Shown: positions 14,205 to 26,945 of the stretch, one piece after another
How positions within the stretch are numbered: position 1 is the first letter of the stretch
How the letters are laid out: each line of letters begins with the position of its first letter
Assembly: GCF_006345805.1 (NCBI RefSeq)
Contig: NC_043003.1
Location: 76,074,001-76,138,000, forward strand
Direction of reading: 5' to 3'
Length of the DNA: 64,000 bases
Source of the DNA: Octopus sinensis
Taxonomy: Eukaryota
The notes under the pieces: generated by a model
What the model saw: only the letters and a program-made list of their open reading frames with translations
Told to the model about the DNA's origin: nothing
Databases searched by the model: none
Program-made: the position numbers and the translations under genes

Positions 14205-14668
14205 CATACACTTTTATTCGTTTATCTATTAAATTGTTTTAGTCATTTGACTGCGGCCATGCTGGAGCAACGCCTTGAAGTATATTAAGCAAACAAACTG
14301 ACCCAAGAATATATTTTTGTTGTATCGCACTTTCGACGTACGATATAACGGGATAATAATAATGCGCTTGCAAATCGTTCTACTCAAGATACTGGTAATA
14401 ACCCTTGACAATACACAATTCTCTGCGCTGAAATGCTCTTTGCGTATGTCCATTTATATTGTGGCACAGTCCACAATATAAATGTTCACAATATAAATGT
14501 TCTACTTCAACACGACAGTTTTAAAGCCTAGAACTTATTCTATCGGTCTCTTTTACTGAACCGTCAGCAAACAGGTATGCAAACATACCAACACCGGTTG
14601 TCAAGCAGTGTTGGAGGACAACCACTGACACAAACACACACACACACGCATACACACACACACACACC

Positions 14669-14723
<55 letters not shown>

Positions 14724-14865
14724 CGGGCTTCTTGTTTCTCTCTACCGAATCCATTCACTAGGCTTTGGTAGGCCCTAGGCTATAGTAGAGGACACTTCTC
14801 CAAGGTGCCATGCAGTAAAACTGAACCCATGTCATTGGGAAGCAAGCCTCGTACCACACAGCCAC
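14205..14865 (-). mobile_element. tRNA-derived SINE family 1, interrupted by a ~200-bp insertion (about 14322-14520)
   Basis: 3' part (gtcatttgactgcggccatgctggagca) at 14240-14320 and 5' part (cttattctatcggtctc...caaggtgccatgcagt...accacacagccac) at 14525-14865. Confidence 0.85.
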
Positions 14866-14939
14866 GCCAGCACCACTTACGTGTGTGTGTGTGCGTGTGT
14901 GCTATACGGTAGCGAACCAAGATGATAGATGAAGCAACA

Positions 14940-17400
14940 CTAGATTTTGCTGGTCGACATAACTATACCCAGTAGCAAGAGTTATAAACGTAATCATTTG
15001 GAAGAAACGAACTACTTTGTGCGTAGAAAGGAGTTTAAACCAAACGACAAACCTGAACCTGGCGACCTACTAAGAAAAGCATCCAAATCTAGAAGGAACC
15101 CGCGACTAACCAACACCTAACCGTATTTCAAGATGAATTACATAGTATGGTTAAGAATGTGAAGTTCAGGAAATACCCTAGGAGGTGTAATGTCCATCAG
15201 CAGAAAATCAGAAAATAAATTGTCGACTTCAAGAAAGCTCCGGGTATATTTGTACCAGCGGTCAAACAAGTAACATTTACATTGTTGATATTGAGCTATA
15301 TAAGTCTATCATTAGGAAAGATTACGCAGCAAATATAGAAACGCTAGTAACGACGTATTTCAAAGAATTAACAATACAGGGTTGCAAACCGTCAGAGATC
15401 TAGCTATAGGTAAGTGAACCGAACCCTACGTCCTTCAAAAAAACCCGGATTGTGCTTAAGACCATAAGCCTAACTTTCCTATCAACACCTCAGATTGTTT
15501 TCTCCTTCGAATTCCCATATAGACATTATTAGTAAAAACAAATCCTTCATAGGATAAGACCTCTGCTTCGATACCCAAGAGGTGGTTGGATGGTTTAAGC
15601 TTCTAGAAATTAGTAAGAATAATAAACTCTTGTAACTAGATATAGATAGCTATTATGTCACTATTATTCCGATCGTTCTTAATCAAGCCCTGATTGATAG
15701 CATCAAAAATTCCGATATGTCTCGCCGCGAAGTAGATATTATACTTGCCGCCCGAGATGCTGTAATAAATTTCGATGGTAGATTATGGAGTAGATTAGCT
15801 AGAGAGAATGCATTCGATATAGCAATGCACTATATCAAACGCTTCATACGATTCTGCGCCGTCCTACCGATGCCTGTCTCTCAGTTCTCCTCACCTACCA
15901 GCCCTCCACCCTACCCCACCAACGCACCATTCTTCGAGCCTTCCGCCGACACCAGTCTGACCACTCCACATTGCACATCTTCCGCAACCTAAACTCTTCC
16001 TTCAAACGGGCCCTCAAACTGCGTGACCTCTTGGTTCACAGTTTCTTCCCTAACACTACCTCCCATCCTGGCCCATCACCCTGCTCTCGCTAACGCTGTC
16101 GCAGTTGCTTCTACCTCTTCAAAACCTCCCTCCTCACAGGCACCCATCATCGTCCCTATCATATCACCGACTCCTTTACCTGCACTTCTAGCAATGTCAT
16201 TTACTGCATCTCCTGCTCTTTCTGCCCTTCTCTATACATCGGTCAAATGGGACGGCACTTGGCTGACCTTTTCGCGGAACATCTCCGAGACATCAGACTC
16301 TGCAATGACACCCCTACGACGTGACTGAGTCGGCTGACCTTGTCGGATAATTTATCCTACATATCCTACGAAAACGTACGCACCGACACATTAAGGCCCT
16401 GTAGTGGAATGAGTATCTTCAAATCTTAAAATATAGGAACGGCCACACCTTGGATTGTTTAAAGAGAAATCTTATAGATCCCTTCGATGTATTCGACGCA
16501 ACTATAACTCTTGCCACCCATATAACACAAGTAGACTTCCTTGACGCAGACCATTAAATAAAATCTAACGTAGATACAGTTTACATTCATTGATAATCCA
16601 CTACACTTAGTTGTATTTAAAAACTAACAGACTAGAGTAGATGAATCACTAATGTATCTATGTATTGAGGCAATTTGAACAGGACCATACCCCAGTATTA
16701 AGTGGCTTTACTGATAACTAAGTGTTTATGGAGGATCCCCATCTTCAAATCCGAAAATAGAAAGAAAAATATAATTTGATATAATTCCCTATACGATGTA
16801 AATGTTTCCACTAATATAGTTAAGAGCTTTCTGATGCCACTAAAAAGCATGTCCCTTGAATACTTAGATACAATAAGCACTTAATTTCTATGTTATGAAG
16901 GTTATCTACCTATGAATAGATACTATCGGTTCTAACATTACTCACTACAATATTTAGAAACATGCGACCACACGATTTTCACTCCACTCTTCAATCTCTT
17001 ACTTCCTGAAACCTATCAACTGCCCAATAGGAACTTTGCATATCAAAATCAGTGATCAATAGAGAGACCTTTACACAGTCTAATACTCTCAGTGTATACT
17101 AAATGGATATGGCCGACAATGCCTTTGGGGACGAATAGACACAATATATACATTGTAATATACTGCCTCCCTGTTTCGCATTATCTGGATTCCTTGATAA
17201 CCTGGAAACACCTTCTCAAACATCACATTGTATCCTTGAGGAGTGCCCTCTTTTCATGTAATAACCAACTCTACCTCTGTGATAAACAAAATATAAGCAA
17301 TATGGCCACTCCATCACTCAATAAGAAAAGGTTTCTGTCTGATTGTTACCATAAAATACGGCGTTATAATGCAACAAATCATTGGCTTCTGGAAACACGG
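14940..17400 (+). pseudogene. degenerate Penelope-like element: RT plus C-terminal GIY-YIG endonuclease (host element)
   Basis: Ordered motifs: MVKNVKFRK, VPAVK(ADKT)SNIY, KDHKPNF, LDIDSYY (cf. FDI..FY), FDIAM-[insertion]-YDVTESADLVG (cf. FDVTMGSYDGAE..ELVG), QVDFLDA, RKKNII*YNSLY..NVSTNIVKSFL, NCPIG.LC, CNNQLYLCDK...SLNKKRFLSDCYHK. Confidence 0.85.
15828..16314 (+). pseudogene. second Penelope-like element fragment (Neptune-type thumb, Cys linker and GIY-YIG) nested in the first
   Basis: One frame reads LTYQPSTL..RTILRAFRR.QSD..T.HIF..SFKRALKLRDLLVHS..PCSR*RCRSC..TDSFTCTSSNVIYCISCSFCPSLYIGQMGRHLADLFAEHLRDIR. Markedly C-rich compared with the host. Confidence 0.85.
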
Positions 17401-18150
17401 ATATACCACACTACAGCTTAAGCACAATAGTAGGGCATTTAATTTGGGCTGCGTATAGAAATTAGAGCATAGTATTTCTGATGCAATTTGCTGCAGGTTA
17501 CATGTAAGAAGGCACCATTAAACCGTTTACCTCTCCACGAGAGAGCTGTTGTATCTGAAATGAAGCATCACATTCTATAGAATAACAACCGATACCAACA
17601 TCGGGTCTGCTCTATCATATGTAGTACCAAATGTAAAAAATCTGATGCTGAAATATCACATCATGTAGCATGCGGAACCTTGGTGAAGCCAGGAATCTTT
17701 CTTTTCCGCCATTAGGTCATACGGCTAAAGGAACTGATGTCACTCTAATGACTAAGAACAAGTGCACGACCTGAAATAACCACCAGAAGCTTAAATAGTC
17801 TCTTCTAAAACCCATTGTAATATCTTTTTTTCAATTCCCTCTATTCTGAGCATTTAATTCTGTGGACGTGCCCTATGTCTACACTGTTTTATGCGATGTG
17901 AAGCTCTTATTAAATATATTGACTGCAACTCTGTCTCTCATTTCTTCACGTATTCGTATATAACAAATGCATCAATACATACATGACACGCACATAGACA
18001 CGTGCGTCAACACACACACAAGCACATATACACAAGCATACATACGGAGATGGCACTACAATGATAAATATATTGATAGAATCACACACATTACTATACC
18101 AATTTGTACCGATACAGACACACACAGAAACATGTATACATTCATATGTA

Positions 18151-18202
<52 letters not shown>

Positions 18203-18624
18203 TGTGCCTGAATATTTAAACATATATATAGACACACAAAGAAAGAGATAGGGATAATACCGTATTGAGATTTATCGACCCAAAGTAAGTCGTTAATAAA
18301 TGACTCGTACAAAACTCTATCAATTTTTCTATTAATTTGTTCTCTATAATAATTTTATTAAAAATATTTCTTTTTTACTCAGCAAATTTCTTTTCAATTT
18401 CCGGTTAGCGTAAATTGGCGAGGAGGCTACAGAATTTCGGCATCTTTATTGACATATTATTCAATCTTTATAGACATTTTCTACAAGCATTCTAAATATA
18501 TAGGGGCAATAAAAGATTGCTCTTGACTACTGACATACTTTTGAAAAAAGTCATAATTTTTTTGTTCCTTTTCTTTTTCGTTTTACTTTTATTATTGTTT
18601 TATCACTGATATTATTACAGCAGC

Positions 18625-18633
18625 AGCGGTTGC

Positions 18634-18687
<54 letters not shown>

Positions 18688-18963
18688 GGTGGTGGTGGTG
18701 GTGGTGATGGCGGTTATATTAGTGTTGTAGCGGTGGTGGTTGTAGTAATATTATTAGAAGTAGTAGCAGTGCTTATGGATTATGGTGATGGTGTTGGATG
18801 GTGGTGATAGTTGTAGAGGTTATAGAAGTAGTGGTGGTGGTGATGTTGATAGTTGTAGTAGTAGTAGTAGTAGTTATAGTAGTAGTATTAGTGGCGGTGG
18901 TGCTGGTTCTGGTGGTGGTGATTGTTGATGATGGTGGGGGTGAGGCGGTGGCGGCGGCGGTGG

Positions 18964-18994
<31 letters not shown>

Positions 18995-19027
18995 GGTGGC
19001 GGCGGTGGCGGCGGCGGCGGTGGCGGC

Positions 19028-19060
<33 letters not shown>

Positions 19061-19071
19061 GGCGGCGGCGA

Positions 19072-19106
<35 letters not shown>

Positions 19107-19210
19107 GTGGTGGTGATAGCTATAGTGCTAGTAGTAGCGAGGATAATAATAATTAAAAAAATCATTTGCCACCACCACCACCAAAAACAACAACAACAAC
19201 AACAACAACA
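18625..19210. repeat. compound trinucleotide region (AGT/GGT/GGC/AAC) containing a ~160-bp (GGC)n core at 18944-19105
   Basis: Direct reading. Confidence 0.97.
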
Positions 19211-19603
19211 TCGTAATCCCCATCTAAGAAACTTTACTTTCAATTTCCTTTAATCATAAAAGCAAAATATGTTATGAGGAGAGGAATTATATCCCACGCT
19301 TTAACGAGGAAAATGGCGCATAACCATCTCTTCGAGGCGAAATACAATGTTTTCAGGGTGTAAGCTGAGTACATTTCTCTTACAAACGAGGTAGGAAGCC
19401 ATTTAAAAGTCTTGAGTGGGGGAGTAGTGTGTTGATGCAGAATCAAACAACTATTGATCCTTGACGTATCAAGATGTGCCTGTGTTAATCCCTTCTTTAC
19501 CGATGTGTGCAGATTGTTTAGAAATATTTTGCCTGACTGTTTCAGAAATGTAGCTATCTAATATCAGCTGTTATAAGGGATAGAATATTAGGAAGCTCTA
19601 AGC

Positions 19604-19948
19604 TAGCTGTTTCAGCCAGTATTCGTATGGCCCCTGAGGGCTTCCATAACAATTTTGAGAATCCACGCAACAAAACTATAAATTTGAGATCCACAACAGT
19701 ATATTAAGGTGCCCTGATTTTTTTTTTGCTTTAGATGTATGTATTGTTATGTATTGCATGAAACAGCTACGTTTCTTTCTCTAATATTTTACATAGTTAA
19801 ACCTACACTAGGTAACATGCGTAAATAAAAAGGAATTGCGGAAAGGATATTTGTAAAGTAGTTTTTAAACATAGAATGGCTATAGGAGTCCACCAGAATA
19901 AAATAGTTATCAAAGGGGTCCAGTGGTAAAAATTGTTGAAAACCTCTG
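19604..19948. mobile_element. possible hAT (Charlie/Buster-like) MITE
   Basis: Right end aaggggtcc...ttgttgaaaacctctg resembles a Charlie-type terminus. The left end is degenerate (gtttcagccag..cgtatggcccctgaggg). No TSD seen. Confidence 0.35.
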
Positions 19949-19974
19949 CACAAACAAATTTTGTGTTATTCTTG

Positions 19975-20415
19975 GCTAAGTCAATGAAACATTGTTCTCG
20001 ATTGGTGTTCGAAGTATAAAAGTTATCTGTGAACAGGATGCTTTCAACTGTGTATATTCAAAAAAAGGTATTCAAAGGTGGTGGGTATGTGTTAAAGCCA
20101 GTGCGGATTGCATCTTACACCAACCAACAGGGTTGATTCTTTCAACGTCTTCCGACAATTATCTGTCACTGGTTGATTGGAGAGTGGGGTAGAAGACTTG
20201 TTAAATGTCACATACAGCAGAAATAAGCCCGAAGACAAGATGAATAGGGAACTGAAAAATATCAAATACCTTACCATAACTGCACTTCCGAATATCTAAC
20301 TTCCAAGACAATCATGCATTGTATAGTCATCCCAAATATTTATATGTGAAAATTGATTCAAAATGAGGTTGTTGTTTATGAAAGAATCTGAAAGTTATCG
20401 GAGTCTGAAAGGCCC
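19975..20415 (+). pseudogene. hAT transposase C-terminal (dimerisation domain) remnant
   Basis: DSFNVFRQLS and IFICEN*FKM resemble the ..F..FP.L and TYLCE.GFS motifs. Multiple stops. Confidence 0.4.
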
Positions 20416-20429
20416 ATTGGCTTGGTGAG

Positions 20430-22320
20430 ACTGGCCATTGCTGAGTGAGACTGGCCACTCTACTCTTTATTTTGTTCCAGTTCTTCTCCATTTGGAGGTT
20501 CGGACAGAACAAGATCCCGAGCAATTTAACCGGCCAGTCGGTCCAATGTCCCACGATGGAGATGCTGTTGGACGGTATGTGCTTGCTTCTCCAGGTGCCG
20601 AGCCGTAATCCCGCTGGCTTTTCCGGGGAAATTTTCGCTCCCATTAGAGATTCGTATTCTTTTAGTGTCTCGCCGACCAGATCGAGATGCTTGTGGTTAG
20701 ACAATGTGACAGTGACGTCCATCGCGTATGCAAATAAGTCCCTCCCGCATACCAGTTGTGTCGGGATGGCCCTCATCGTCGCTAGCTTCCTCAGTAGTGG
20801 CTCTAGAGTCAATACATACAGGAACATACTTGGCGGACTGAACGTATGATGTTAAATGGTCTGGATAGATAAGCATTTATGCGAACAACCGAGCCCAGCG
20901 GATGCCGCTGTATAAAGCAGAGATCCAACCGCGGAAGACGGGCTGAAACTAACCTCCAAGTAACAATGGTCGACCTTATCGAAAGCTTTCGATTCATCCA
21001 GTTTGATCAGCGCCCCACCCATACCAGGCCCTTTAACTACTCTGTCTATGATGTAGCGCATCAGATGGGGTTGTCATGGATATTCCTACCTGACACCGCG
21101 CATGTTTGAGCCTTGTCAACCAGTTTTTCGATGACAAGGGCTAACCTTTCGGCTAGCACCTCGGCCAAAATTTTCAAATCTGCATTGAGCCGAGTAATAG
21201 GCCGGAAATTATCTATAACGCCCCATTGTTTGGGTCTTTCTTTATCAGTGTCATCGCTCCTCCTCTCACAAAACTAGGGATACTCTCGTTTGCTGCCAGC
21301 TGCCGTAGACTCTTAACAAGACTTCTCCAAACAAGTCTGGCATATGACCAGAAATCTTGTAGGGCAGACCATCCAAGCCCGGTGACTTGTCTCTCGCGCA
21401 GCCTGCCATAAAGTACATGATGGGCCTTTCACAACACTCCATCTCTCTTGCCGAAAGTCATGGTAGGACGTGCAGGCAGGCACTGAAGTGCACCTTACTT
21501 TCTAACCCACCAGTCGTTCCGAACAGTTGGGCAAAGTGCTGCTGAAAGGCCTCACAAATCCTTTCGGGTTCGAATAATTCGTGCCCTGGCTCATGCATGA
21601 GAGACCGAATGGTAGCTTTGTTGCTACGTTGCGCCTCCACTACCCGGGCTTCTCGGGCGGCTGCAATTTCTTCATTTCTCAGACCGCGTATCCTAGCTCT
21701 GACAACGCAACCTTCGAGTTTGAGATTGAAGCGTTGGTCAAAGGTCAACCTCGCTGCCAGCACGCTGGACATGAAGCCCGTTCTAAGTGCCTCTTCTAAT
21801 TTCTTAAGAAGTCTTCCTCTATTCTATGTCTGTCTACTGCTAAAGCCTTGCTATGCCTAATCGATTCTGCTTTGATTGATCTTTTTAGAGCAAACCACCA
21901 TTTGTTATTGACGATGGCCACTGTCAACGACCGGATTAGTGTGCTAATCCGGTTTCTGTAAATCTGTCGCACTGGGAAAGACACGTTCAACTTCCAAAAA
22001 CCTTTACCCTACCTATAATTCCTATCTAAGTCGAACGTACAAGTCACCAATTTGTGTAGCAGACTATTTGAAATTGTGGACAAACTACATTATACCTATC
22101 CACTGGATGACCCGATGCGGTTGGTCCATGTCCACATTGGCACATTCGGGTAGACCAGTCGGTGCCTGTCAGACAGTTGTAAACGTCTAAGCAGGTCTAT
22201 GAGGTACTTGCATCTCCTTCTTTTCCCATCTCTAGCCACATAGTCTAAATGCGCGTCCAAGGTAGCGTTCCAATACCCCAGTAAAGGTAAAGGTCGAAAC
22301 GTTCCGAGGAAAACATCTAG
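20430..22320 (-). pseudogene. Tx1 ORF2 (partial APE plus reverse transcriptase), disrupted
   Basis: LLGYWNATLD (cf. GDWN), HKLVTC (cf. SDH), FWKLNVS-like segment, KLEGCVVRAR, SPGLDGLPY, LIKLDESKAFDKVDH, LYVLTLEPLL, FAYAMDV (mutated YADD), VKLLGI. Confidence 0.88.
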
Positions 22321-22439
22321 TGTTGGTGGTGGTGTTGTGGTTACGTGTGAGAGTTTTGTCGTCGGGAGTTGTGTATCTCTAAGCCTTGTTTGATTATGTG
22401 GTTGTCCTTTTTTTAACCCTTTTCCCCCTCCCCCTTGTG

Positions 22440-23779
22440 GCTATTTGCTATTCTTCCATGTCGTCTTCATCAGACGACATTTCAGAGGAATCAGAAAATG
22501 GGAGGGGAATGGTATTCAGAGTGTGTTTATATTGATGTTGTTGCTGTTGTTAGAGTTGGTTGGTGGGGGTGTTCAGATGTAATGTATAGGGGGATGATCT
22601 TTTTTTCTTTTCAGTGTTCTGTACTTCAGTAATTGTTGTTGGTGCTGGTGGTGATAGTGTTGCTTTTGTTGTTATTGGTGTTGACTGCTTGTGTTGGCTG
22701 AGTTGGTTGGTTGTTTTGTGGACTTCTTTTATCTGTTCGTGGAGCTGCTTCATTTTTTGTGCTGATGGTGGTGTGGGTAATAGTGCTGGTTTGCCCCTGG
22801 GATTCTGTTTTTTGTTTTTGTTGTTGTTCTTCCAATTTGCAGTCTATTTTTAAATGGTATTTGCTACTACAAAGGTAGCAACATGGCCTTTTGCTCTCAA
22901 CAGTGACATGTAGGATCGTGCCATCCGATAGCTTTATCAAATCTGGGAGATTTTTAAATTGTCTCCTGATTTGTCTGGATTATAAGCTCAGCCCCTTGTC
23001 CACCCCAGTTATGGTGTTCAAGGACGGCAGTTTCTAATATGTTTAAATTTTCTTCGAAATTGTGGCAGATGGCTGATACCAGCCATTTTATTTGAATTTC
23101 AGGGGACACATCTTTGATTCTCACCTACGTCACTCGACGACCGGGGTACGTGGGAATCATTATCAAGTCCTAGCATTTGAGGAATTTCGTTGAGAAATCT
23201 TTCGTGCGTTCCTCCGTGTCAAATGTTACCTGGATCGTGGCAGATCTTTTGCCCCTTGTGATATATATTTTATAAGGCCATATACATTTCTCAACTGTTT
23301 GTTCAGTGGTTTGCTTTAGTTATTTAGTCTTTATGTTCAGGATTCTATATATTATTGCTTTTTTAGAAATGTCCAGCAAAATGCTTTCTGAGGTGTTGAG
23401 GTTTATAGTCCTATTTTCTTTATTCAATCATTTTTGCACTATATTAATTCTTCTTTTGAGAAGGACACTCACTGCCGTTTTTGTCTTAAAATTGCTGCAA
23501 AGATATTCGGTTTGTCAATTGTATTGTTGCTCCTTGTAGTGATTTTTGTTACAGTGGTAGTAACAGGAGAGGTGGTTGCGCCGTTCATCGCTCTGCCTTC
23601 CTTTCTCACTTGTTTGGAAGGAAAGCTTGCGTCGGTATGCGTATTGTTGTTCAAATGTGTGTGTGTGAGAGCGCATCAGTGTTTTCTTTTTTGTTTGACG
23701 TATTTGTTAATGGTAATGGTGGGAATTCCAGTTCTAAATGGAACTCAGGAACGCTGCCACTGTTAGCTGAAATGGCCAT
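22440..23779 (-). pseudogene. Tx1 ORF1 (gag-like), disrupted
   Basis: Zinc knuckle CYLCSSKYHLKIDC (Cx2Cx4Hx4C) in ORF 22626-22940, followed by a Thr/Asn/Gln-rich tail. Confidence 0.8.
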
Positions 23780-23989
23780 GCCTGTTTCCAGACAGAGGAA
23801 AATATTTATGAGATAAGATTTTGCAATATGAAAATTCGCCCTTAAAGGGAAATTTTCGGGACAGCATCGCTCAAGGCCAAGTAGATGATATTAGGTACAT
23901 TTCTGACAAAAATATATACAGACATACATAAGCAAACACGACAAAATATATGAACTTATGCGAGACGACCCGATCAATAGCCAATCACA

Positions 23990-24082
23990 TAGACAGACAG
24001 ACAGACAGACAGATAGATAGATAGATGGATAGATACATAGATACATAGATACATAGATAGATAGATAGATAGATAGATAGAT

Positions 24083-24148
<66 letters not shown>

Positions 24149-24160
24149 GAGAGAGAACGA

Positions 24161-24192
<32 letters not shown>

Positions 24193-24193
24193 G

Positions 24194-24278
<85 letters not shown>

Positions 24279-24285
24279 CAGATAG
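23990..24285. repeat. (GACA)n-(GATA)n-(GAAA)n compound microsatellite
   Basis: Direct reading. Confidence 0.98.
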
Positions 24286-24890
24286 ATAATGTGACATTTA
24301 CATACGCACACATATGTTCTTCTAACATTCATTCAGTATGATAGAGGGAGAGATTGAAGCTGCTTGAATAGAAATAACTGCATTACTCTATATACGTGTT
24401 CGGATTTGAATAGTTTGGATTAGGTTAGGTATGTTTGTCATAAGTATATATATGTATGTATATATGTATTGGGATACATTCTATTTTTAATTATATCTAT
24501 GTATATGAATATTTTTAATATTTTAATGTTATTATCTTCAACTGCATCATATTATATTATCGATCTATGTTCTCTACAAATGAGACGAATACAAGAGGTG
24601 TACATAGTGGATAACAATACAAAAATGTTAAACATAACCATGTAAATTTTTTACTTTCATTCTTCATTCAGAAGTGATGGGTAGATGTTGGGGAAGGCGA
24701 TTTTAGTGAGTCTTTGATAAAAATGAAAGAAGAAATTTCTTAAATATTCGTACTCCGTATTTTCTTCCAAGATTATCAAGAAACAAATTTGAATAAAACC
24801 AAAAAATGAAAAAATTGGGAATAAATTGGGTGAAATCCTAATCTCCTTTATTGAAAACATAGGAATCGGAAGAAGTTTAGGGAAAAATAT

Positions 24891-25740
24891 TAGCATGGGG
24901 GGCGCAAATGTTACCTCGGACATGATCTCATTCGAAATAGTCACCTTTTGCAGCAATACACCGTTCCCAGCGTTCCTGCCATCTTTGGAATCGTCCTGAA
25001 AATCGTTTTTTCGTGAGTCGGCAACCTTCTGTGATTCACTCTGAATCTCGACCATGGTATATAAACGCTGAAATTTGGGTTGTATTTTAATCTCGCAGAA
25101 GAAATGGCAGTCCACATCTACTAAATATAGTGAATAGGCTGGGTCCAGAAGAGATAGCATGTTTTAGTGGGTACGGGAAACTCACGAGTGAGAAGTGCTT
25201 GGTGACAGGAAGCATTGTCGTCTTGAAGAGTCCAATACTACGCCTTCCACAGATCGAGTTGCTTTCGCCAAATATCCTCTCTGAAACGCTTCAAGCGTCG
25301 CACTAAATTTCTCGCTTGACGCTCTGGGACTAGGGCCCAGTTTCTTCATGCACAATACCACATTTCGTGGGATGACGCACGTGGCAGGTCTTCCAGATAG
25401 TTTATGGTTTTCTAGTTGTGTTCTTCCACATTTGCAGCACCCGTGTCACTCGAATCATTGAGCGCGATCCATTGCCACGTTGCCGTAAGCTGACCGAAGC
25501 ATGCTCAATGCCTATGCAGCGGACTTCGTAAGTTTAACGGACAATTTCATGTTGGCTCTTTGTTCCTGTCTAGGACAAAATCGCAGACTGTAGCATACAC
25601 GTGATCGCAAAAATTTCACACTTGCCAAGTAAACACAACGATGTCACCGTCTCAAGAAGGCCACTGCGTATGAAACCATGCGCTTCCATCTGTTGGTGAG
25701 CTTCCCAACTAGTCCTGGAACTTCCTGTTATCCCCTTCTA
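24891..25740 (-). mobile_element. internally deleted mariner (DD34D-type) transposon with both degenerate TIRs
   Basis: EQRANMKLSVKL..LSMLRSAYG..SGRP (HTH region) is joined to IVHEE, QDDNASCH, YSLYLVDVD (cf. YSPDLAP.D) and WQERWERCIAAKGDYFE. Both ends resemble TAcgagggg...aagttcc(c)ggact and finish in TA. Confidence 0.85.
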
Positions 25741-25741
25741 T

Positions 25742-25786
<45 letters not shown>

Positions 25787-26764
25787 AAGCAATGTAAACT
25801 TCCTAGTAGGCCGCTGCATTGTAAATGTTTGCATTTGACAATATATGAAGGAATACACACCAGCATGTCTCTTAACATTTTAAAGAAATATACAGAAACT
25901 AGACCGTAACAAATTAACTTTAGATAGGTCTCATTCTCTCTATAAGATGGGGCTGTTATTTTTTTCGGATGTGGAGGAAGGCAATTACGGTTCCGAAAGA
26001 AGATGAAGAAACAATTGACATGTCCTGAAATGCACAATTCTCGTCCTAATTATCACTTTATTCTATCTAAATGTTTCCTATTATTCTTTAATTTATTCTT
26101 TATTCTGTCTAGGACAAGTGTTTCTTCTTTACAATTTGGCTCTAAAATAAAAAAAAGAAGTTTATAGACAACTGGACCCTTTTACTTTCATTTGCCTATG
26201 TATTTGTCAGAATGTATTAGTGATTGCATCTTATCTGTCTCTATATCTACGATTTTAGCTTTGTCTTTGAACTGCGTGATAGGATACAACAATCAGGGAG
26301 TACATTTCAAACTAAGTGAAATGACGAGAATCTAATGAATAATTTGCTTAAACAATCACCTGAGAATATATTGGATATAACATAATAATTATGTAATATG
26401 TCACTTGTATACTACAGGTGTAAGAATGCGTCGAAACGATTGTAATGAGTTAAATAAAGAATGTTATCAATACATTGTGGTGTCTGGGGAGAGTCATGCT
26501 CTTTTAGTTCCTTACTATTTAACACAGTCACCAGCAAAGTTTCCACTCATTTACTTATCTATTTTTCCTAGAACTCTCGTTTCGTCTCGCAACCTTTTCA
26601 ATAGTCAGCAAAACGAAGTTATTGATATCATCTTCTTTCATTTCTCTACGCATAATATGGAATTGCTGATGTATTTGTTGTAATAGGAGCACTTCAAATT
26701 ATGATGAATTAAATATCCTCTAAGTGTGGACGAACCTGCACAGCATTCCACAAACTCAATTGAA

Positions 26765-26945
<181 letters not shown>

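Larger units (their letters stand above)
20420..23800 (-). mobile_element. L1/Tx1-clade LINE, degenerate, with an internal deletion and a broken 3' end
   Basis: Two-ORF layout. ORF1 runs from about 23779 with a CCHC knuckle; ORF2 has APE and RT remnants. Many stops and frameshifts. Confidence 0.9.

Noticed and set aside
17400-17800. Hammerhead in the 3' region of the large Penelope-like element (ctgatgctgaaa; ctgat-gtca...tgac)
   Set aside because: Core fragments lack stem II or the GAAA, so no complete motif is present.
18773-19253. 151-156 aa poly-Ala/Thr/Val ORFs resembling a homeobox-type low-complexity region
   Set aside because: Entirely trinucleotide repeat on both strands, with no flanking domain or splice signals.
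24657-25160. 167-aa minus-strand ORF
   Set aside because: Frameshifted mariner C-terminus read through into flanking DNA.
26405-26683. QYIVVSGES resembles the myosin P-loop lead-in (QCI.ISGESGAGKT)
   Set aside because: GAGKT is absent, the only possible donor (gtcatg) is weak, and the upstream residues do not match myosin.
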